Below, in pieces: positions 62,896-64,000 of a stretch of 64,000 nt of DNA. This DNA is from Octopus bimaculoides. Taxonomy: Eukaryota. The stretch is from the NCBI RefSeq assembly GCF_001194135.2, contig NC_068982.1, positions 42,064,674 to 42,128,673 on the forward strand. The letters run 5' to 3'. Under the pieces are notes generated by a model. It searched no databases, was not told the DNA's origin, and was given only the letters and a program-made list of their open reading frames with translations. The number at the start of each line of letters is the position of its first letter. The stretch's first letter is position 1. The position numbers and the translations under genes were made by a program.

Positions 62896-63812
62896 ACTTG
62901 TACTATTAGATATATAGATAAGTTTATAGCAAGAAAAAGCACATGGAAAGAAGGCGGAGTTATGAATCCTTTCGATTTGATGTAAAACAATCGCTGTTAT
63001 TTAGTTGTGTAAATTTTAGACACGATCATACTGAGAATCTGACGGAAAATTTTGAAATGAGTTAAGAAATATCCATATTTAGGCAACAAAGTAAACGTAA
63101 TTTGAATGCTTGCAAACTTGCTAACAGATAACGGATAGTAGTGTATATGTGAAGATTTATTTTTTTCGAAGGATTGGTTAAAGAATTGTTTTTAAGATTA
63201 ATAGAAGCCAAAAAATAGGACCAATACATTCTATAGTGTAGTCTTGGATACATCATCAGAATATAGCCAACTATATGATGTGGCGGTCATGGGTGGAATA
63301 CTTTGATGATTGTTTGATTAGAGTGGATAAGTGGATATAGAAGTAAACACCAACGTATCTTCTAATTGAAACGTTCAAAACAAAAGCTAGTTTCTGATTC
63401 AAGGGAAATAACTTAAATATTTATGTAGAATTATTTCCCCTGCAACGATAATCATGGAAAGCAGGCTGACTGAAATAATTTTGCAAATGAAAAGTATATG
63501 ATTAATAACCAGATGATTACAGTTTCAATTCCCTGTATAAACTCCACCAGTTTCAACACAGTCGATCACTTAATTTCTCTTCTGTTCTGGTTTTTAATCA
63601 AAAAGATCTTTTCATCATAATTTTTTTGTAGATTGAATTACTTCCCTTGTGTGTATATTTCTGACATTTTAGAATAACACTACAAACTAACAATAGTCTA
63701 GTTTACATTTTCGCTATTAAATACGTAGCCCTGACACAATAATTACAAATTATCAATTAATCGCTTTCTTTATTATTTCTCTTAGGCAAAAGTAGTCCTT
63801 TAGTATCGAACG

Positions 63813-64000
63813 TAGGCGCGGGAGTGGCTGTGTGGTAAGTAGCTTGCTTACCAACCACATGGTTCTGGGTTCAGACCCACTGCGTGGCACCTTGGGCAAG
63901 TATCTTCTACTATAGCCTCGGGCCGACCAAAGCCTTGTGAGTGGATTTGGTAGACGGAAACTGAAAGAAGCCCGTCGTATATATATATATATATATATAT
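63813..64000 (+). mobile_element. SINE family A 5' half at the window edge
   Basis: TAGGCGCGGGAGTGGCTGTGTGGTAAGTAGC head running into (TA)n. Confidence 0.9.

Overview
Eukaryotic draft-assembly DNA with 13 N-gaps, dense microsatellites and tRNA-derived SINEs. The repeat content suggests an octopus or other coleoid cephalopod (inference). One protein-coding gene is supported: a complete 10-exon, plus-strand mitochondrial ornithine carbamoyltransferase (OTC), CDS 30890-55639, 1044 nt spliced, 347 aa. All its introns are GT-AG, and exons 3-10 match the human OTC coding exon lengths. The rest is repeats: about five SINE families, decayed RTE, CR1 and Penelope retroelements, Tc1/mariner and pogo remnants, and several MITEs. 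Nearly all ORFs in the supplied track are artefacts of microsatellites, gaps or transposons. There are no prokaryotic, CRISPR, rRNA or genuine tRNA features. The most unusual observations are: (i) a foldback MITE family with GGATC termini, 8-bp target-site duplications (TSDs) and telomere-like cores; (ii) a 13 x 18-bp array that repeats a branch-point motif and creates a ~300-nt AG-free zone before the 54-nt OTC exon 7; (iii) antisense SINEs that carry a ready-made cryptic exon in OTC introns; (iv) a CpG-depleted domain that matches the OTC gene body; (v) multi-level nested insertions. I found no evidence for a new protein-coding system. All homology calls are by eye, with no database searches run.
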